DNA from: an uncultured Ruficoccus sp.
GTDB lineage: Bacteria > Verrucomicrobiota > Verrucomicrobiia > Opitutales > Cerasicoccaceae
Assembly: GCA_965140785.1 (NCBI GenBank)
Contig: OZ223489.1
Location: 50,373 to 114,372, forward strand
Length of the DNA stretch: 64,000 bases
Reading direction: 5' to 3'
Shown: in pieces, positions 59,605-64,000 of the stretch
Position numbering within the stretch: the first letter of the stretch is position 1
Layout of the letters: the number at the start of each line of letters is the position of its first letter
The notes under the pieces: model-generated
Database searches by the model: none
What the model saw: the letters and a program-made list of their open reading frames with translations, nothing else
Told to the model about the DNA's origin: nothing
Translations under genes and position numbers: made by a program

Positions 59605-61542
59605 ATGGCGACGGACTTTTTCGAGCGGCAGGACCGGGCACGCGGCAAGACCACACTGCTGGTCCTGTACTTTATCCTCGCACTGGTGGGGATCATCGCC
59701 GCGCTTTACTTCGTGATCGTCCTCATCTGGTCGGTCGTCCTGGCCCGCAAGGAGCAGGCCGGTGCCGCCATCGACTGGTGGAACCCGCAATTCCTGCTCT
59801 GGATCGGGCTCGGAACGGTCGTCGTAGTCGGCCTCTCCAGTCTCTTCAAGAGCCTGTCCCTGCGCGGCGGGGGCGGCGCAGTCGCCCGCAGCGTAGGCGG
59901 AAAAAAGGTCGAGCCTTTTACACAAAACCCCGGCCAGCGGCGGCTGCTCAACGTGGTCGAGGAGATGGCCATCGCCTCCGGCGTCCCGGTGCCCGAGGTA
60001 TACGTGCTGCCCGAGGCGGGTATCAACGCCTTTGCCGCCGGGTACAGCCCGGACGACGCCGCGGTCGCCGTGACCCAGGGATGCATCGACACCCTCAGCC
60101 GCGACGAACTTCAGGGGGTCATCGCGCACGAGTTCAGCCACATCCTCAACGGCGACATGCGGCTGAACATCCGGCTCATGGGCATTGTCTTCGGCATCCT
60201 CGTACTGACCGTGATCGGGGGCGTCATCCTGCGCAGCGTCGGCCGGGTGCGCATGACCAGCAGCCGCAGCAGTGGCAACGGTAAGGGCGGCGGCGGAGCC
60301 GCCGTTATTGTGGCTATTTTTCTCACCGCCATCGCGCTGTATATCATCGGATACATCGGGGTGTTTTTCGGGCGGCTGATTCAGAGCGCGGTCTCGCGCC
60401 AGCGGGAGTTTCTGGCCGATGCCTCCGCCGTGCAGTTCACGCGCAACCCTGGCGGCATCGCCGGGGCGCTCAAGCGCATCGGCGGCTCCATGGCCGGATC
60501 GCGGGTGGAGAACGCCCATGCTCAGGAGACGGCGCATTTCTTTTTCGCCTCCGGGCTGAAAAGCGGCTTCGGGGGGATATTCGCCACGCACCCGCCGCTG
60601 GAGGAGCGCATCCGCGCCATCGAGCCGGGGTGGGACGGGAAGTTCACCGTCACCTCCCCACCCAAGCCCGAACCGGAGCCGGACGCCCGCCCGCGTAAGG
60701 CTGCGAAGGCCCCACCGCCCCTGCTCAATCCGATGGAGATGGTCGTGACGGTGGGCACGCTCAGCGCCGCCGCCCTCGATCAGGCGCAGAGCACCCGCGC
60801 CTCGCTCGATGAGGCCTTCGGCCCGCTCCTGCGCAGTCCGCTGGAGGCTCGCGCCCTGCTCTACGCCCTCGTCCTCGACCCCGAGGAAACCCGCCGCAGC
60901 CAGCAGATCGGCTACCTCCAAACCGAGGCGGGCGAGGAAGTCGCCCAGGCCACCCGCGAGCTTTACCCCCGCCTGACGCGGCTCAAGCGCAGCGAGTACC
61001 TGCCCCTGATCGAACTCACCCTGCCCGCCCTCAGCCAGATGGAGGCGGACCTTTGTCAGGAGTTTCAAAAACGGCTCCGCTACCTGGTCGAAATGGACGG
61101 CAAGGTCACCGTGCTGGAGTTCGTCATCACTCGCCTCGTGCGCAAGCATCTGGAGCGGCGGCAGGCAAAAAAAGCCCACCCCGGCAGTTACATCTGGAGC
61201 GCCTCCGCGCTGGGCGAACCGCTCTCCGAGGTGCTCTCGGCCCTCATCCATCTGGACACCCCGGAGGCGGGCGTGGCCAAATCCCGCTTTGAGGCTGCCG
61301 CCGAGGTCTGGCCACCATTCAAGCCCCACCTGCGTTTCATTCAGCGGGAGCGGCTGAACTTCGCCGGGCTCGACCAGGCGCTCGACCAACTCGGCCGCGG
61401 TGCCTACGGCCTGCGCAAGCAGGTCCTGCGCGTCTGCGCCACCGCCATCCGCGACGACGGTAAAGTCACCCCGGACGAGGCCGAGCTCTTCCGCGCCATC
61501 GCCGTCTCCCTCGACTGTCCCATGCCACCTCTGGCGACGTAG
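59605..61542 (+). CDS. M48 (HtpX-like) zinc metalloprotease with C-terminal extension
   Basis: NAFAAG, HEFSH, SRQREFLADA, THPPLEERI. Confidence 0.9.
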   Translation: MATDFFERQDRARGKTTLLVLYFILALVGIIAALYFVIVLIWSVVLARKEQAGAAIDWWNPQFLLWIGLGTVVVVGLSSLFKSLSLRGGGGAVARSVGGKKVEPFTQNPGQRRLLNVVEEMAIASGVPVPEVYVLPEAGINAFAAGYSPDDAAVAVTQGCIDTLSRDELQGVIAHEFSHILNGDMRLNIRLMGIVFGILVLTVIGGVILRSVGRVRMTSSRSSGNGKGGGGAAVIVAIFLTAIALYIIGYIGVFFGRLIQSAVSRQREFLADASAVQFTRNPGGIAGALKRIGGSMAGSRVENAHAQETAHFFFASGLKSGFGGIFATHPPLEERIRAIEPGWDGKFTVTSPPKPEPEPDARPRKAAKAPPPLLNPMEMVVTVGTLSAAALDQAQSTRASLDEAFGPLLRSPLEARALLYALVLDPEETRRSQQIGYLQTEAGEEVAQATRELYPRLTRLKRSEYLPLIELTLPALSQMEADLCQEFQKRLRYLVEMDGKVTVLEFVITRLVRKHLERRQAKKAHPGSYIWSASALGEPLSEVLSALIHLDTPEAGVAKSRFEAAAEVWPPFKPHLRFIQRERLNFAGLDQALDQLGRGAYGLRKQVLRVCATAIRDDGKVTPDEAELFRAIAVSLDCPMPPLAT

Positions 61543-61597
61543 CGAAGTGATGAAAGCCTTGGCGCCCGCTCTTTGCCGAGCTGAACGGCTTTTGTTT

Positions 61598-61687
61598 TTA
61601 ACCACAGAGAGCACAAAGAACACAGAGCGGGGCTGGGCGCTATACGCAGCTAATCCTCTTTGTGTTCTTTGTGCCCTCTGTGGTTAA
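61598..61687. repeat. 9-nt-periodic inverted-repeat element
   Basis: TTAACCACAGAGAGCACAAAGAACACAGAG ... CTTTGTGTTCTTTGTGCCCTCTGTGGTTAA. Confidence 0.8.
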
Positions 61688-61752
61688 AGCATTTCTTAAA
61701 AAGCTTGTAGGATGGGCGTGTGTTGCTTTCCAGCCCATTCCGGGAATGGGCT

Positions 61753-62208
61753 CTAGCCTTTGATCACCCGGTTGATAAGCAGGCGTACCAGATAGACCAG
61801 CAGTCCGAGGGGGCCGAGTACCCAGCAGGCGATCAGCTCGCCCGGGACACGCAGGCCCATCCGACAGGCATGCTGAAAAATGACCAACCCCAGAAACAGG
61901 TGCATGATCTGGATCTGGCACCACAGGATGAGGAAGCCCATCGGGTGCAGCACCACGTCCTGCGCCTCGGTGTAGCCGATCCCGCCGGGCCAGACGATGC
62001 CGCCCACTTGCCATGCCTCGTGGTAGAGGTAGATCAGCGGGACCAGCAGCAAGGTCGGGGCCACCAGCGGATGGCAGACCCGGCGCACCCAAGTAACCGA
62101 GGGAAAGAAAATCACCGCCAGCCAGAACGGCGCGGGCATCATCAGGATCATCCAGAAAGCGCGGGTAATGCGCTCCCCGGCCAACAGTTCAATCGTCCAC
62201 CCCGGCAT
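61753..62208 (-). CDS. ABA4/DUF4281-like membrane protein
   Basis: PFWLAVIFFP, W..I..LFLG, LGPLGLLVY; 4 TM. Confidence 0.65.
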   Translation of the reverse strand: MPGWTIELLAGERITRAFWMILMMPAPFWLAVIFFPSVTWVRRVCHPLVAPTLLLVPLIYLYHEAWQVGGIVWPGGIGYTEAQDVVLHPMGFLILWCQIQIMHLFLGLVIFQHACRMGLRVPGELIACWVLGPLGLLVYLVRLLINRVIKG

Positions 62209-62343
62209 GGCTCCCGACAATACCGCCCCGCCTGTCGCTGGAAACAAAAAAGCAGGACAAAGTCCTGCTCCTGTTTTCCGCCCGCCTAGGCAGGCTCTCT
62301 GTCGGGGCAGAGCCCCGCATCCGCATCAAACGCCGGGCCTTTG

Positions 62344-62955
62344 TCAGTTGGCGTACTTGACCCCGCAGCCATAGGGCTGGGTGCTGGCCTGGGAGACGGG
62401 CTTGCCGGCCTTGGCCTCGGCCATGGCGGCGTTGACGTAGTTCTTGGCCTCCTTGATGTCGGCCTGATTGGACGAACGGATGCTGTCAATCGCCCCGTGG
62501 TAGATCACCACGCCCTCGGGATTGATGATAAACATCTCGGGCGTGCGCTTGGCACCGTATTCCTTGCCGACCTCGCCGGTCGGGTCGAGTAGCACCGCCG
62601 TGGCCTTCGAGTCGTTGTCCTTGGCGGTCTTCAGGGTCTGCTCCGGCGACTCGTAGCCCTGCTTGCCCGGCGCGGAGGAAACCACGCTAAACCAGACCGC
62701 GCCGTTGGCGATTTGCTTTTCCTGCGTGGCCTGCATGTTGCCGCTGTCGTAGTGCTTGCGCACGTAGGGACAGCCGTGGTTGAGCCATTCGAGCACGACG
62801 TACTGGCCGGCGTAGTCGGAGAGCGAATACTCCTTGCCGTCGGCGCCCTTGAGGGTGAAGTCCGGGGCCTTGTCGCCCGGTTTGACATCGGCACTGGCGC
62901 TCAGGCTGAGCCCCAGGAAAGAGAGAAGAATGAGAGGATAGGTCAGGGTTTTCAT
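62344..62955 (-). CDS. Exported redoxin (AhpC/TSA-like)
   Basis: APDFTL, VLEWLNHGCPYV, YGAKRTPEMF, PYGCGVKY. Confidence 0.88.
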   Translation of the reverse strand: MKTLTYPLILLSFLGLSLSASADVKPGDKAPDFTLKGADGKEYSLSDYAGQYVVLEWLNHGCPYVRKHYDSGNMQATQEKQIANGAVWFSVVSSAPGKQGYESPEQTLKTAKDNDSKATAVLLDPTGEVGKEYGAKRTPEMFIINPEGVVIYHGAIDSIRSSNQADIKEAKNYVNAAMAEAKAGKPVSQASTQPYGCGVKYAN

Positions 62956-63068
62956 AGTGTGAAGGGAGAGGGTTAGCCTTAGTCTGCGTGCGAACGGTAT
63001 AAGTTCCCCGGAAAAACTTTGCTGTCAAATCCCTTGCTCAATCGGTAAAGCCGGTTTACCTAGGCCCC

Positions 63069-63848
63069 ATGGAAAACGATCAGGTCTGGGAACTGCTGCG
63101 CAAGCAGGCCGAAGAGGCTGCCTCCAAGGAGCGCGCCCTGGCCAGCCTGTTCGACGAGGTCGTACTCAGCCAGGATAGCCTGGAGAGCGCCTTGGCCGTG
63201 CGCCTGTCCCGCAAGCTCGCCTATCACGCCACCCCCGAAGGTTATCTCAAGGAGGTCTTCTGCGAGTGCTTCAGCAGCGAGCCAAAGATTGGCGAGCGTA
63301 TCCGCGCCGACATCATTGCCATCAAGGAGCGCGACCCGGCCTGCCGCAACTACCTCGCGCCCATCCTCTATTTCAAAGGCTTCCAGGCCATCACCTGCTA
63401 CCGTGTCGCCCACGAACTGTGGACCCAGGGTCGCGAGGAGCTGGCCCTTTACCTGCAAAGCCTGATCTCCGAAGTGTTCGCGGTGGACATCCACCCGGCC
63501 GCCCGCATCGGCTGCGGCCTCCTGCTGGACCATGCCACGAGCTTCGTCGCGGGCGAGACCAGCGTGATCGAGAACCACGTCTCCATTCTGCACGAGGTCA
63601 CTCTCGGCGGCACCGGCAAATCCGCCGGCGACCGCCACCCCAAGGTGCGCCACAACGTGCTCATCGGGGCCGGGGCCAAGCTGCTCGGCAACATCGAGAT
63701 CGGCCAGGGCGCGCGCATCGGTGCCGGTTCGGTCGTGGTCGAGGACGTCCCCCCCCACGCCACCGTGGTCGGCGTCCCCGCCGTCGTGGTCGGCTTCACC
63801 AAAGACCCCGACCCCGCCGAAAGCATGGACCAGTGCATCAAAAGCTAA
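63069..63848 (+). CDS. cysE: Serine O-acetyltransferase
   Basis: RDPAC, YFKGFQA, DIHPAARIG, VTLGGTGK..DRHPK. Confidence 0.95.
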   Translation: MENDQVWELLRKQAEEAASKERALASLFDEVVLSQDSLESALAVRLSRKLAYHATPEGYLKEVFCECFSSEPKIGERIRADIIAIKERDPACRNYLAPILYFKGFQAITCYRVAHELWTQGREELALYLQSLISEVFAVDIHPAARIGCGLLLDHATSFVAGETSVIENHVSILHEVTLGGTGKSAGDRHPKVRHNVLIGAGAKLLGNIEIGQGARIGAGSVVVEDVPPHATVVGVPAVVVGFTKDPDPAESMDQCIKS

Positions 63849-63850
63849 GG

Positions 63851-63958
63851 CGGGGTACCCCCGCTGGCACTGAGGGGGCAAGCCCCCTACGGAGCCAAAA
63901 GGCTCCTACCCCGTCCACGAACAGACACACCAAAAGGTGGCGACCCAGTTTTGATGCC
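63851..63958. repeat. Inverted partial copy of the modular repeat
   Basis: Reverse complement matches 54548-54635 with compensatory stem changes. Confidence 0.8.
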
Positions 63959-64000
63959 TTCGCTCGGCAATAATATCATCTTCAAACGGAAATGATAAAA

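Noticed and set aside
59044..61623. Long antisense ORFs (e.g. 59044-61623, 27093-29189, 16665-18383, 22837-24300)
   Set aside because: Shadows of well-supported genes on the opposite strand in high-GC DNA

Overview
GC-rich chromosomal window that looks like Verrucomicrobiota (Opitutales/Puniceicoccaceae-like). This is an inference from the PEP-CTERM proteins, a Verru_Chthon-type pilin cassette, SHD1-like secreted proteins and a PPi-dependent PFK. It is mostly housekeeping: prmC, thiD, comEC, rpmE/rpmJ, a SMUG1-type UDG, pstSCAB, menA, rho, pgi, rsmI, ppx, argG, pfp, nrdB, folC, accD, comF, truA, ruvX, manC, moeB, a SulP transporter, lemA with an HtpX-like protease, and cysE. The most striking signal is non-coding. 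A ~1.05-kb minus-strand transcription unit at ~42090-43135 has no credible ORF, a sigma70-like promoter, a boxA-like motif at its 5' end, many GNRA/UUCG-capped hairpins and an intrinsic terminator. It looks like a large structured ncRNA, possibly MISL-like or new. Immediately downstream lies a decayed integrative-mobilizable element: a serine-recombinase stub fused to mobC, a broken relaxase and a MarR-FUSC-HlyD efflux cargo. Other points of note: a candidate ECF-promoter-driven sRNA with repeated UAGC motifs behind a frameshifted ECF sigma operon; a modular family of covarying hairpin repeats; a 9-nt-periodic inverted-repeat family; an IS5-type MITE; an 8-bp VNTR; NrdR and Pho-like boxes; and two tiny regulatory-looking ORFs (a stand-alone HisKA-like domain and a FlgM-like protein with a sigma28-like promoter). 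No tRNA, rRNA or CRISPR array was seen. All family assignments are by eye from motifs, not from database searches.
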